This document shows, piece by piece, positions 44,801 to 53,841 of a DNA stretch of 64,000 nt. The DNA is taken from contig CAXXPQ010000001.1 of assembly GCA_963668655.2 (NCBI GenBank), positions 952,768 to 1,016,767 on the forward strand, in the 5' to 3' direction. A program made the position numbers and the translations under genes. The DNA is from Myxococcota bacterium (GTDB taxonomy: Bacteria > Myxococcota_A > SURF-8). How positions within the stretch are numbered: position 1 is the stretch's first letter; every line of letters starts with the position of its first letter. Below the pieces are notes generated by a model that searched no databases, had not been told where the DNA came from, and saw only the letters and a list, made by a program, of their open reading frames with translations.

Positions 44801-44859
44801 CGCAGGCGTCGGGAAAGCCTTGCCAGAAACGGCCCGGGGCCGGACGGAGAATCGGTCAT
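41809..44859 (-). CDS. 1016-aa membrane-anchored protein with a long charged coiled-coil C-terminal half (DUF4175-like by recollection)
   Basis: Three N-terminal hydrophobic helices, a beta-rich middle region, and then about 450 aa rich in E/K/Q/R heptad-like sequence. The start overlaps the nagZ stop (ATGA). Confidence 0.75.
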   Translation of the reverse strand: MTDSPSGPGPFLARLSRRLRTRLFLEALLRLLSAGAVWFLPAFWLHALGLSAGTGRSVFYVGFLASALWLYAKYVRIPRRIYARSADLARLAESVRPELRDRLVSATEFAADLEQDPPYSRRMAQAAIDALSENLRAGSARTIVPLSALRPVALRTFAAFLPLFAVLFLAPESVGSFWGGNGSSAEANGLDFLAGDIHLTYHYPEYTGLEALRVPNSSGDIEAPPGTRVALEVRASRDFDRAVLDLEEGSDVELEKGEGRTFSGEITVTSEDHYRFSFDGESDKLRRSLRIKPDREPFAAVDYPPTELEVRETDRIELSYRLEDDYGLKSAELVFDYDNGKKREERRIPLKSFEDRSRSFRGETVWDLSATLFKEGDRVPYFVEVKDNDSVNGPKIGRSETHTLKIFSVQEHHKKLIELQEKYWESMIALLAKRLEHPVPENIRESPDAITGIFTSHIAELNEILVDPLGRLTKELEDDPLATEAIRSLMTAMLDDWSMHRLDYENSLWKFERDLQAWRSDGRGGASLGVFYKLKMLAEGSIQRLEKYIIDLYELLQKQKYDALVGDTEKLSDIRDELRRLLEEYKRTGDEALAERIRALLDEMRKRLSDLYAKMADVKKETNNEFINPEALHPQEMKTNMDGLDQALKSGDLDKAFQELENLSMMLNDTLEQMKKGSEELGESLYSESMRKLLDFQKDLDQLTEKQKEIQKVTEERKQTLQERMAGKMERDLDRNLAEMERKVQEAIREAGAVKQPPSQSTQQNRDVAVGRMEELKKALENRDVSGARDIAELALGRLQALSSELKNPFLIPPGGKKNGNAENIRHAETAEKRLQEVTEELRQAMPDPGKFMNPEEKRQLQEMARRQRQLEQESYRLRQDVAELEKEVPFMPPDAQNLMQSASAGMQQSRQKLDEMRPGQAEGHQRQSIHNMEQLKEGIGEAMKQMQSGMKYGGMQPSMKEGSGRTLKREKVALPKPGEHRSPKELREDLLEAMKRKSPEYYEPQNRQYYKELVK

Positions 44860-45863
44860 GCCAGGCGGTCCAGGAACAGCCCCCGCCGTGTCTTCAGATC
44901 CAGAATGCGATCGTGGGACGCCTTCAGGCGCAGGGGATCGATGCGGCCGTCCTCCGCCAGGCGCACCAGGCAGCGATGCACGTCGAAAGCCAGGGAATAG
45001 GTGTGACAGACGGGCAGGATGTCGGTTTCGGCCTGAAGCAACAGGAAGACCCGCTCCATCAGGGAGTGGCGGCTCGCGATGGCCTTCATCTCCAGGTCAT
45101 CGGCCATGAGCACGCCCGTAAATCCCAGTTCGCCGCGCAACAGATCACGGCCGATGGAGGCCGAGAGCGTGGCGGGTTCGTCCGGATCCAGCGCCGGATA
45201 CAGGCAGTGCGCCGACATGAGCATGTCCCAGTTCGCCAGGATGGCCCGGCGGAAAGGCTCGATTTCCATGGAGAAAAGCCGGTCACGGCCGTGGGATACC
45301 ACGGGCAGCGTCAGATGACTGTCCTCGTCCGTGTCGCCGTGTCCGGGAAAATGCTTGCCGCAACCGATGATTCCGGCTTTCCGGAGGCCGTTCATGTAGG
45401 ACTGGGCGGCGTTCCAGACGGTTTCCACGTCGGTCCCGAAAGCGCGATCCCCGATGACGGGGTTGTCCGGATTGCTGTCTACGTCCAGCACGGGGGCGAG
45501 ATTGACGTTGATTCCGATTTCCCGGAGACGCTTCGCCACGTGGACGACATCTTTTTCCAGGTCGGCGGGTTTCCGTTTCGCCAGTTCACGGGCGGCGGGC
45601 AGCCGGAAACGTCGCTCCGAAAGGCGCATCACGCGACCGCCTTCCTGGTCGATCATGACGAAAAGCGGCGTTTTCGCCCGGCGCTGCATGGTTTCGACGA
45701 ACCCGCGCACCCTGTCGGAGTCCGGACAGTTGCGGGAGAAGAGAATCACGCCTCCGATGGCCGCTTCCTCGATCAGCCGTCCGAGGTCCGCGTCCATGCG
45801 CGTTCCGGCGGGGCCCACGGCCAGCATCTGTCCGGCCCAGATTTCCAGGTCGCGCCGATTCAT
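44856..45863 (-). CDS. nagZ: Beta-N-acetylhexosaminidase (GH3, NagZ-type)
   Basis: IDQEGGRV, NLAPVLDV and KHFPGHGDTDEDSH motifs, 335 aa. Internal start MNRRDLE overlaps the upstream stop (ATGA). The rest of ORF 44856..46709 is shadow. Confidence 0.88.
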   Translation of the reverse strand: MNRRDLEIWAGQMLAVGPAGTRMDADLGRLIEEAAIGGVILFSRNCPDSDRVRGFVETMQRRAKTPLFVMIDQEGGRVMRLSERRFRLPAARELAKRKPADLEKDVVHVAKRLREIGINVNLAPVLDVDSNPDNPVIGDRAFGTDVETVWNAAQSYMNGLRKAGIIGCGKHFPGHGDTDEDSHLTLPVVSHGRDRLFSMEIEPFRRAILANWDMLMSAHCLYPALDPDEPATLSASIGRDLLRGELGFTGVLMADDLEMKAIASRHSLMERVFLLLQAETDILPVCHTYSLAFDVHRCLVRLAEDGRIDPLRLKASHDRILDLKTRRGLFLDRLA

Positions 45864-48175
45864 TCCCGTATGGCTCCCATTCCGAAAAGGGCCTTTCGGC
45901 TGCGTTCCAGGCCGGGTTTCCAGTCGATCTCCCGGCTGATGCGGTAGGCGTCGGCATAGGCCAGAACGGCGGTTTCCGGCTCGTTTTTCATCTGCATCAA
46001 CCGGCCCATGTGCAGCGTGATGGTGGCGATGCTGAGCGGATCCCCGATGGCGCGGGCGATCTGCAAGCCGTATTCCACGAAGCCCAGGGCGCGATCCACC
46101 TGCTTGCGGTGGCCGTACAGGATGGCCAGCCGTTCCACGATGCGCACCAGGGTGGCGGCGTTGCGCCCGGCCATGCAGCCCTCCATGGCGTCGATGAGAA
46201 AAGACAGGGCCTCGTCCAGCCGTTCCTGGGCGATACGCAGCTTTCCGATGGCGAACAGGATTTCCGGCGACCAGCGCCGGGTGGGGTGTATGTTGTCTTC
46301 CACTTCGGCCGCCAGCATGCGGGCCTCTTCCAGATGGCTCTCCGCTTCCTCGTATTTTCCCTGGCTGCGGAACCAGTCGCCCAGGCGCATCTCGGCCAGG
46401 CTGAGGGGATAGGGATCCCGTTTGTCCTGGGCCAGGTGCAGGGCGCGTTCCAGGGATTGTTTGGCCTCCGAATAGCGGTTCTGCTGCTTGTACAGATCGG
46501 CCAGTCCGAAGAGCGTATCCACCGCCTGATACCCCGTTTCCGCCGGATTCACCAGGCCGTTCAGGAGCCGGTAGGACTTTTCCGCCCGGTCGTAATCCCC
46601 GGCGGCTGCGTGGCACTGGCAGAGTTTGTCCAGGGCGAAGATCAGTTTGCGCTCGTGGATGTTGGGCTTTTTCGGTTCCGCGTTGGCCAGCCGGCGCAGA
46701 ATCTGGCATTCCCGCTGGAAGCAGAGCGAGGCCAGGTGAATCTGGAGCTGACGGGAGAGCGCCTGCCCGGAACGCTCGAAGCCGTGCACCTTGCGGCCGG
46801 ACTGGTCGGAGCCCAGGCAGCGGTGCCGGATGACGGTCCAGGGCTTGGTGTACAGCACCAGGGAATCGGCCTTCTGGAAGTAATTGCCGATCTTGGTGTG
46901 CATGGCGGCCAGGGTCACGGAGGGAACTTTGGCCAGGAAGTATTCGTACAAATAGTTGTGCGTGAATTCCACCCGCTTGGTGGCTCCCCGAAATTCCGAT
47001 TTGATGATGCCGTATTCCACCAGTTCCTTCAGATCCTCTTCAAGAAACTGGCTGTGCGGATACAGGGCGTTCAGCGCCCGATAGCTGCAATTGGGGCAGA
47101 GCGCGGTGACCCAATGGGCCAGTTCCACGATGTGGGGCTTGAAAAGCTCCATCATCTGTCCCACGATGGCTTCCGGAGTCTTGGGGAAGTTGAAACCGCG
47201 CAGGTTGGTGTTGATGGCCAGCGACTTGCCCTTGCGTTGGAGGTAATTCGCCACGCGCAGGTAGTCCAGAAGGAATTTCAAGGCCAGCGGATTGCCGTCC
47301 ACGGCCTCGGGAAGCTTGGATTCCAATCCGCCGGGCAGGGATTTTTCGTCCAGATGGGTGCGAGCCAGGGTGACGACGTTTTTCGCCTCCATGGGCGGGA
47401 TCTCGATGGTTTGCGGGGCCGGAAGGGATGCGGGGTCCAGAAAGGGCTTCCGTCCGGCCAGAAACACCGCCATGGGCCATTCCGGCGTGAACTGGATCAG
47501 GGCGTGCAGCACCTTCAGCGTCACCGAATCCATCCAGTCGGTATGATCCACCAGAAGGAAAACCGGCTGGCGGCGGCAGAGTTTCTCCAGCAGATGCAAC
47601 ACGGCGGCGCGCAGGCCGATCATGCGCAGGCCGGTGTCCAGGCGCTCGTTGGTGGTCTGGGGAATGTCCATGGGGAACAGCAACCCCAGGTAGTACAGGT
47701 CGATGCCCCGGAGGCCGGTATCCCTCAGGCCGGTTTGCAGATCCGCCAACAGAATGCGCTCGGCCTTGTCGGAGATGCCGATCAGCCGCGCGATGAGTTT
47801 TCGAAAGGGCTGGAGGGTGAAGTAGGCGGATTCGGGATCGCCTTCCAGGCGCAGAACCTTGAAGCCGCTTTCCTGGAAATAATCGGCGGCGGCTTCCAGA
47901 AAGCGGGTCTTGCCGCATCCGGACGGGCCGTGAATCTGGAAAAAGGAACCCTGTTGATTCAGCGCCGCTCTGGCCGGATCGGTCAGCCCCGCGAATTCCT
48001 TTTTCAGGCCCAGCATGTCGGCGGGCGGCACGGCCCGTTTGACCTTCGCCTCCCCTTCGGGGGCGGCGGGTTTGCCGTCCGCTTTCCGGCCGCAGGCGCC
48101 GCAGTGTTTCGCCTCGTCCGGCAGGGGCGCGCCGCAACCGGCGCAACGTTTGGAGTCCATTTTCTTTTCCGCCAT
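45860..48175 (-). CDS. Zinc-ribbon plus AAA_16-type P-loop NTPase plus helical/TPR domain protein (STAND-like architecture)
   Basis: CAGCGAPLPDEAKHCGACG ribbon, Walker A GPSGCGKT, Walker B-like FLLVDHTDWMD, and a C-terminal region of about 300 aa with TPR-like repeats. Start taken at MAEKK, 7 nt after the purN-like stop. ATG 48160 is an alternative. Confidence 0.75.
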   Translation of the reverse strand: MAEKKMDSKRCAGCGAPLPDEAKHCGACGRKADGKPAAPEGEAKVKRAVPPADMLGLKKEFAGLTDPARAALNQQGSFFQIHGPSGCGKTRFLEAAADYFQESGFKVLRLEGDPESAYFTLQPFRKLIARLIGISDKAERILLADLQTGLRDTGLRGIDLYYLGLLFPMDIPQTTNERLDTGLRMIGLRAAVLHLLEKLCRRQPVFLLVDHTDWMDSVTLKVLHALIQFTPEWPMAVFLAGRKPFLDPASLPAPQTIEIPPMEAKNVVTLARTHLDEKSLPGGLESKLPEAVDGNPLALKFLLDYLRVANYLQRKGKSLAINTNLRGFNFPKTPEAIVGQMMELFKPHIVELAHWVTALCPNCSYRALNALYPHSQFLEEDLKELVEYGIIKSEFRGATKRVEFTHNYLYEYFLAKVPSVTLAAMHTKIGNYFQKADSLVLYTKPWTVIRHRCLGSDQSGRKVHGFERSGQALSRQLQIHLASLCFQRECQILRRLANAEPKKPNIHERKLIFALDKLCQCHAAAGDYDRAEKSYRLLNGLVNPAETGYQAVDTLFGLADLYKQQNRYSEAKQSLERALHLAQDKRDPYPLSLAEMRLGDWFRSQGKYEEAESHLEEARMLAAEVEDNIHPTRRWSPEILFAIGKLRIAQERLDEALSFLIDAMEGCMAGRNAATLVRIVERLAILYGHRKQVDRALGFVEYGLQIARAIGDPLSIATITLHMGRLMQMKNEPETAVLAYADAYRISREIDWKPGLERSRKALFGMGAIRE

Positions 48176-48182
48176 GGGTCCG

Positions 48183-48968
48183 TCAGTCCGTTCTTTCATT
48201 CGATCCGATCGGGCACAGTCGATGATTATAGTACATTCGGTCCCGCTCGTCACGGGCAAAAAGTCCCCGGGCCAGATCCTCGATGGTCCGAGGGAAGATC
48301 GTCCAGTCCCCGGCCTCCTTCAGGCGCTCCTGATTGTGCTCTTCCACCCGGCGAACGGCGGCCGGATCGTCCTTCCAGTCCGTGTCGTCCGGAGTCTCCA
48401 CGGCGAGCGGATCGGACAGCATCAGCAGCGGGCCGGAATCCACCTCCAGGGTGACCAGGTGGGTGGTGGCCCGGATGGTTTTCTCCCCGGCCAGAACGGC
48501 GTCCCGCACGGCGTGCGCGCCCGTCCAGCGCCTTCGGCCGCTTTGCATGACGGACAGGTCGCCCGGGTGGACGTTGACGCCCGTGAAGGACCGGATGACG
48601 TTTTCGGTGACGATGCTCATGTATCCCGCGTAGATGAGCACCGGAGTCTGGAAAGGCGAGAGCGCCTTCAGGGTCAGCGCGTCGAAGTCCGCGCGCACGG
48701 ACAAGTCCGTGCGGGGCAGGCCGCGCCTGCGGTAGAACCCCCGGATATCGTGCACGATGACGGGCAGGTCGTATTCTCTTCCGATGGCCGTGGCCCGGCT
48801 GTCGCCGTTGTCGGTGAAGATGACCGAGACCTCGAAGGGGCAGGAGCCTTCCTCGCGCAACAGTCGCTCGCGGTGTTCCAGAATACGGCGCAGATTGGTT
48901 CCGGAACCGCTCATGAACGCCACCGTGCGCATGACGCCCGTTTTCGGATCGTGAATGGGGGTGAGCAT
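48183..48968 (-). CDS. Formyltransferase-family protein (PurN-like) with a C-terminal extension
   Basis: FMSGSGTNL, NVHPGDL and TTHLVTLEVDSGPLL resemble PurN motifs. It carries about 60 aa beyond a typical PurN. RBS GGGAGG. Confidence 0.65.
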   Translation of the reverse strand: MLTPIHDPKTGVMRTVAFMSGSGTNLRRILEHRERLLREEGSCPFEVSVIFTDNGDSRATAIGREYDLPVIVHDIRGFYRRRGLPRTDLSVRADFDALTLKALSPFQTPVLIYAGYMSIVTENVIRSFTGVNVHPGDLSVMQSGRRRWTGAHAVRDAVLAGEKTIRATTHLVTLEVDSGPLLMLSDPLAVETPDDTDWKDDPAAVRRVEEHNQERLKEAGDWTIFPRTIEDLARGLFARDERDRMYYNHRLCPIGSNERTD

Positions 48969-48982
48969 CGGCGCCTCCCGTT

Positions 48983-49789
48983 TCAATCGAAATAGCATAC
49001 GGCGTTTTTGAAGATGGCCAGCCCGGCGCCTTCCTCCGGCACGGGGAACCCTTCCCTTCGCAGCCGATCCGCCATGCGAGTCCAGCGCGGATGATTGGTG
49101 AAGGACAAAAAACGCTCCGGGTGCGGCATCATACCGAAGACCCGGCCCGTGCGATCGCAGACCGCCGCGATGTCCCGGGGCGCGCCGTTGGGGTTTTCCG
49201 GAAAGGAGCCGTTGGCCGGATGTCCGTCCGCGAAGGTGTAGCGAAGCGCCACCTGTCCGTTTTTCTCCAGCGCGTCCAGGGTTTCATCCGGGGCGAAAAA
49301 CTTGCCCTCGCCGTGAGCCACGGGCAGGTATAAGGTATCGATATCCTTTGTGAAGACGCATTGCGGACTCGTGGCCGCCAGATGCACCCAGCGGTCCTCG
49401 TAGCGCCCGGAGTCGTTGTAGGTCAGCGTGACGGTTTGGCCGCCCAGGGGCGTCTCGGCCGCCGTGATGAGCCCGCATTTGACCATGACCTGAAAGCCGT
49501 TGCAGATGCCGATGACCAGCTTTTCATCCTCCAGGAAACGCTGCATGGGTTCGTGCAGGTTGGTGATGAACTTGCTGGCCAGCACGCGTCCGGCGGCGAT
49601 GTCGTCGCCGTAGGAAAAGCCGCCGGGAAAGGCCAAAATCTGGTAGTCCGAAAGTTTTTTCAGACCTTCGATCAGGTCGTTGACATGCACTTGTTCGGCG
49701 CGTGCGCCCGCTTTTTCGAAGGCGAAACGCGTCTCGTTGTCGCAGTTGATGCCGTAGCCCGTCAATATCAGCGCGGTAGGTTTCGTCAT
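48983..49789 (-). CDS. purQ: Phosphoribosylformylglycinamidine synthase, glutaminase subunit PurQ
   Basis: GGFSYGDD, catalytic GICNGFQ, HGEG and MPHPER motifs. Follows purL. Confidence 0.85.
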   Translation of the reverse strand: MTKPTALILTGYGINCDNETRFAFEKAGARAEQVHVNDLIEGLKKLSDYQILAFPGGFSYGDDIAAGRVLASKFITNLHEPMQRFLEDEKLVIGICNGFQVMVKCGLITAAETPLGGQTVTLTYNDSGRYEDRWVHLAATSPQCVFTKDIDTLYLPVAHGEGKFFAPDETLDALEKNGQVALRYTFADGHPANGSFPENPNGAPRDIAAVCDRTGRVFGMMPHPERFLSFTNHPRWTRMADRLRREGFPVPEEGAGLAIFKNAVCYFD

Positions 49790-49796
49790 GACCGCC

Positions 49797-52790
49797 TCAC
49801 CAGTCCAGGGTTTTCTTGTATGCATGCTTCAGGTCGGAAAGCCCGGCGTCCACAAAGGCTTGGCCGCTTTCGTCGCGGATCCGCAGGCGAGCGTCTTCCG
49901 TGACCGTTCCCAGCGAAACCAGCGGCTGGCCGGAAAGCGCTTCTTCGAAGCGGGCCGCCCGTTCCGGGGCCGCCGTGACCACGAAACGCCCCTGGCTTTC
50001 GGAAAAGAGCCACGCGCCGTGGGACAGGCCGGTTTCCGTATAGGCGTCCGCCCGCGTGAGATCCAGTCCCAGGCCGCCCGCCATGGCGGTACGCGCGAGA
50101 GCGTAGGCCAATCCCCCCATGTGGACGCTGCACGCGGAGGCGCACAAACCCTTTTGGATGGCGTCCGCCAGGGCGGCGTAAAGCGGCCGGGTGCGCGCCG
50201 GGTCGGCCTCGGGGACGCGGTTGCCGATCCACGGCCGCCCGTCCGCGCGCTCGCCCAGCATGCGGAAGTATTCCCCGCCGCCGAGTTCGTTCTTCGTTTC
50301 GCCAAGCAGATACACGCGGTCCCCGGTCTGCTTGGCGTCCAGGGTCACGGCCCGGCGGATGTCCGGGACGAAGCCCACGGAGGATATCAGGATGGTGGGG
50401 GGGACGCTGATCTTCAGGGGGTTGCCGCACTCGTCGAACCCCTTGAAGTCGTTGAACATGCTGTCTTTTCCGGAGATGTAGGGGGCGTCGTGGGCCACGG
50501 CCAGGTCGTAGCAGGCCGCCGCCGCGCGCTTCAGTTCGCCCAGCCTTCCGGGTTCGTCCGAGCTGCACCAGCAGAAGTTGTCCAGGAGCGCCACCCGTTT
50601 CGGATCCGCGCCCACGGCCACCTGGTTGCGGATGGCGGTGTCCACCGCGCAGGCGGCCATGGAATAGGGATCGATGTCTCCATAGGAGGGAAAAAGCGCC
50701 GACGAAAGCGCCACGCCCTCGAAGCGGTCGAGAAGCGGCCGGGTGACGGAGGCGTCCGAGTGCACGTCGCCGTCCACGCCGATCAACGGTTTGACCACCG
50801 AACCGGCCTGGACCTCGTGGTCGTACTGGCGCACCACGTATTCCTTGCCGCAGAGGTTCAGTTGGGAGAGCAGTTCCGTCAGGTCTTCGGTAAAATCGCT
50901 TCGTTCCGGAAACGCGGGTTCGGGACGCTCCGGCCGCGTCCAGTTGGAAGTGAGTTCCTTTCGGGGCAGGCCGTCGTGCAAAAAGTCCAGTTCCACGTCC
51001 ATGACGGACGCTCCGCCGAACTCCACCACGCAGCGCCCGCTGTCGGTGAACTCGCCGATGACCGTGGCCTCCACGCCCCGGCGGCGGTAGAGATCCAGAA
51101 AGGCCGCCACGTTCTCCAGCGGCACGGCGTAGGTCATGCGTTCCTGGCTCTCGCTGATCCAGATTTCGTTGGGGGCCAGCCCGGCGTACTTGATGGGCAC
51201 ACGGTCCAGTTCCACGTAGCAGCCGCCCGACTCCTTGGCCATCTCGCCCACCGAGCAGGACAGCCCGCCCGCGCCGTTGTCCGTGATGCTGCGGTAAAGT
51301 CCCAGCGCCAGGGCCTCGTGCTGGGCGTCGCCCAGTTTCTTCTGGGTGATGGGATCGCCGATTTGCACCGCGCCCGAGGGCGATCCGGCGTGCAGGCTCT
51401 CGGACGAGAAGGTGGCCCCGTGGATGCCGTCGGCCCCTACGCGCCCGCCGGCCATGACGATCTTGTCGCCGGGTAATGCTTGTTTTTCGTGGCTGGGGCG
51501 GCCGTGGATTTCCGTGGGCATCAGGCCCAGGGTTCCCACGAAGACCAGGGGTTTGCCCATGTAGCGATCGTCGAAGGTCAGAAAGCCCCAACTGGTGGGG
51601 ATGCCGGACTTGTTGCCGCCGTGCTCCACGCCCAGGCGCACGCCCTCGAAGATGATCTTCGGGTGCAGGATGGGCTCGCCGCCGTCCGGCTTGCGGGTGG
51701 GCAGGGGTTTGTTCCAGAAGGGATTTCCGAAGCAGAAGCCGTACATGTTCGTAATCAGCCGCGCGCCGAGCCCCGTGCCGAGCGGGTCGCGGTTGACGCC
51801 CACGATGCCGGTGAGCGCCCCGCCGTAGGGGTCCAGGGCCGAGGGGCTGTTGTGCGTCTCCACCTTGTAGCAGACATTGAAACCCGGTACGAAGGAGATG
51901 ATGCCGGAGTTGTCCTCGAAGACCGAGATGCAATAGTCGTCCGTGCCCATGCGGCGGCGGATCTCATTGGTGGCGCGCTTGATGGTGGACTTGTAGAGGC
52001 TGTCGATCTCGTCCAACTGGCAGGCGAAGATGGTGTGCTTGCAGTGCTCGGACCAGGTCTGGGCCAGACTCTCCAGTTCCACGTCGGTGGGCTTGCGCCG
52101 GAGTTTGCGGAAATAGTCGCGAATGGCGTAGAGCGAGGGCAGGTCCAGGGCCAAGGGCCCCCGGCGCACCTCGCGGCCGTCCGCCTCCACGCGATCCAGG
52201 ATGCCTTGGCCGCCCAGCCGGGAGAGCGCCTCGTCGGAAAGCTCCAGCTCCACCTCGTCCACGCGGAAATTGGGTTCGAGCGTCACCTTGGCGGGCTCGA
52301 AGGCCAGGCCCTCGACCTTGGCCTCGTCCAGCGAGGCGATGCGCACGCGGTGGATCAGGGGGTTGGAGATAAGCGCCGCCACGCGGGCGATATCCTCCCG
52401 GGTGAAGTCGCCCCGGATGAGGTAGCGCCGGGAGGAATAGACCGCCTGCCCGTCCGCGAAGGCAAGGCCCAGCAAATCGCCCACGGCTTCCCGGGCGGTG
52501 CGGCCCGCGTTATCGGTGACGCCGGGCAGAAAGCCCACCTCCACCGCCCAGTCGAAGTCCAGGGAGACGGAGGCGTTGACGGCGGATTCCTGGGTGATGG
52601 GATCCGTAAACAGTTCCCGGCGGCAGCGCTCCAGTTCCTCCGGGGAAAGCTCGCGGTCGATGGTGTAGATATCGGCCACGCGCACCTGCCGCGCGCCGAG
52701 ATTCAGATCGGCTTTCATGCGTCGTAAAAGCGCAAGGCCCGCCGCGTCGATGCCGTCCTTTCGATGGATGATCTCGATCCGAGATGCCAT
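49797..52790 (-). CDS. purL: Phosphoribosylformylglycinamidine synthase PurL (long form with N-terminal PurS-like region)
   Basis: SEHCKHTIF, ETHNSPSALDPYGGA and the duplicated AIRS domains, 997 aa. RBS GGAGGA. Confidence 0.9.
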   Translation of the reverse strand: MASRIEIIHRKDGIDAAGLALLRRMKADLNLGARQVRVADIYTIDRELSPEELERCRRELFTDPITQESAVNASVSLDFDWAVEVGFLPGVTDNAGRTAREAVGDLLGLAFADGQAVYSSRRYLIRGDFTREDIARVAALISNPLIHRVRIASLDEAKVEGLAFEPAKVTLEPNFRVDEVELELSDEALSRLGGQGILDRVEADGREVRRGPLALDLPSLYAIRDYFRKLRRKPTDVELESLAQTWSEHCKHTIFACQLDEIDSLYKSTIKRATNEIRRRMGTDDYCISVFEDNSGIISFVPGFNVCYKVETHNSPSALDPYGGALTGIVGVNRDPLGTGLGARLITNMYGFCFGNPFWNKPLPTRKPDGGEPILHPKIIFEGVRLGVEHGGNKSGIPTSWGFLTFDDRYMGKPLVFVGTLGLMPTEIHGRPSHEKQALPGDKIVMAGGRVGADGIHGATFSSESLHAGSPSGAVQIGDPITQKKLGDAQHEALALGLYRSITDNGAGGLSCSVGEMAKESGGCYVELDRVPIKYAGLAPNEIWISESQERMTYAVPLENVAAFLDLYRRRGVEATVIGEFTDSGRCVVEFGGASVMDVELDFLHDGLPRKELTSNWTRPERPEPAFPERSDFTEDLTELLSQLNLCGKEYVVRQYDHEVQAGSVVKPLIGVDGDVHSDASVTRPLLDRFEGVALSSALFPSYGDIDPYSMAACAVDTAIRNQVAVGADPKRVALLDNFCWCSSDEPGRLGELKRAAAACYDLAVAHDAPYISGKDSMFNDFKGFDECGNPLKISVPPTILISSVGFVPDIRRAVTLDAKQTGDRVYLLGETKNELGGGEYFRMLGERADGRPWIGNRVPEADPARTRPLYAALADAIQKGLCASACSVHMGGLAYALARTAMAGGLGLDLTRADAYTETGLSHGAWLFSESQGRFVVTAAPERAARFEEALSGQPLVSLGTVTEDARLRIRDESGQAFVDAGLSDLKHAYKKTLDW

Positions 52791-52829
52791 TGGATGTCCT
52801 CCGGTCGCGCGTTCCTTTCGCGCTCCTTG

Positions 52830-53636
52830 TCAGTCGTTCAGTCCCAGTTTCTCCAACAATTCCGGCGCGTTCTCCGAAAGCGCTGCCTTCAGCGTCTCCA
52901 CCTGACCCGCACTGAAGGTCCGCGCGCCCGCCACATGATTTTGGAAGGCTTCCCAGGTAAAGGGACAGATGGCCTTCACGGCGCGGCTCATGGCCTCGGC
53001 GTAGACGCGGATTTCGTACTGGGCGTGTCCGTCCAGACGCAGGCGGATGAAGTGCAACAGGTTGCGAAGATCGATCTGCCAGTACATTTCCGTGTACAAC
53101 GAAAGCGGCAGGTTCACCCGCGCCAGTTCCCGCGCCAGGCCCTTTTCGATCATTTCCCCGTAGTTCTCGTAAGCCTCTTTCTGGCCCTTGGCGAGCAGTT
53201 CCCGCACTTCTTCGGTCAGTTCGGCGGGAACCTCCTCGGCGCTGCTGCCCTGGCGATTGGTGACGCTCTGGAAGCGCACGCGCTCCGGGGCGGGCACGTA
53301 GCATTCGTCCTTCATGACGCTGTAGCGCCCGCTGATTTCATTCATCCTGGCGGTGCGATGACGCACGAGCTGCCGGGCCACGAAGATGGGCATTTTGAGA
53401 TGAAAGGTGAAAATCACCTGTTCGAAGGGCGACATGTGGCCGTTGCGCAGGAGGTAGGAAATCAGGCCCTTGTCCTCGCGCACGGTCTTGGTTCCCTCGC
53501 CGTAGGACACCCGGGCGGACTGCACGATGCGGGCGTCCGAACCCATGTAATCCACCAGCCGCACGAAGCCGTGATCGAGCACGGGCAGGGTCTTGTCCAG
53601 CAGGGCCTCGCCTTCCAGAACGGTGATATGCGCCAT
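52830..53636 (-). CDS. thyX: FAD-dependent thymidylate synthase ThyX
   Basis: The ThyX signature RHRTARMNEISGRYS (RHRxxSxNExSxRY), 268 aa. Confidence 0.92.
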   Translation of the reverse strand: MAHITVLEGEALLDKTLPVLDHGFVRLVDYMGSDARIVQSARVSYGEGTKTVREDKGLISYLLRNGHMSPFEQVIFTFHLKMPIFVARQLVRHRTARMNEISGRYSVMKDECYVPAPERVRFQSVTNRQGSSAEEVPAELTEEVRELLAKGQKEAYENYGEMIEKGLARELARVNLPLSLYTEMYWQIDLRNLLHFIRLRLDGHAQYEIRVYAEAMSRAVKAICPFTWEAFQNHVAGARTFSAGQVETLKAALSENAPELLEKLGLND

Positions 53637-53841
53637 GAAAGATCCTTTCCCCCGGTCCGGGTTGGGTGAAAACGGCGGGCGGACGGGGAGGTTTCATCCG
53701 TGGCCGCCATGAATTCCGGCCGAATCCTATCATGGTCGCGCGGCCGTGGCAAGGGGCTTTTGCAGGCTTTTCGTTCTTTGGTAACTCTTCGGATTTACTT
53801 GTATTTATCGATTAGTGGTCCGTCGTTCCGGATCGGTGATA

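Noticed and set aside
45864-46709. Upstream 282 codons of ORF 44856..46709, which would extend nagZ.
   Set aside because: The region overlaps the AAA_16/TPR gene in another frame and reads as Pro/Gly/Arg-rich shadow. NagZ homology starts at MNRRDLE (45863), which forms an ATGA overlap with the upstream stop.
45860-48175. The Zn-ribbon/AAA_16/TPR protein as an Avs-type antiviral STAND defence gene.
   Set aside because: It has no recognisable N-terminal effector (nuclease, TIR, protease, etc.). It is embedded in a housekeeping operon (thyX-purLQN-nagZ) with translational coupling, and there are no neighbouring defence or mobile genes. The architecture alone is not enough.
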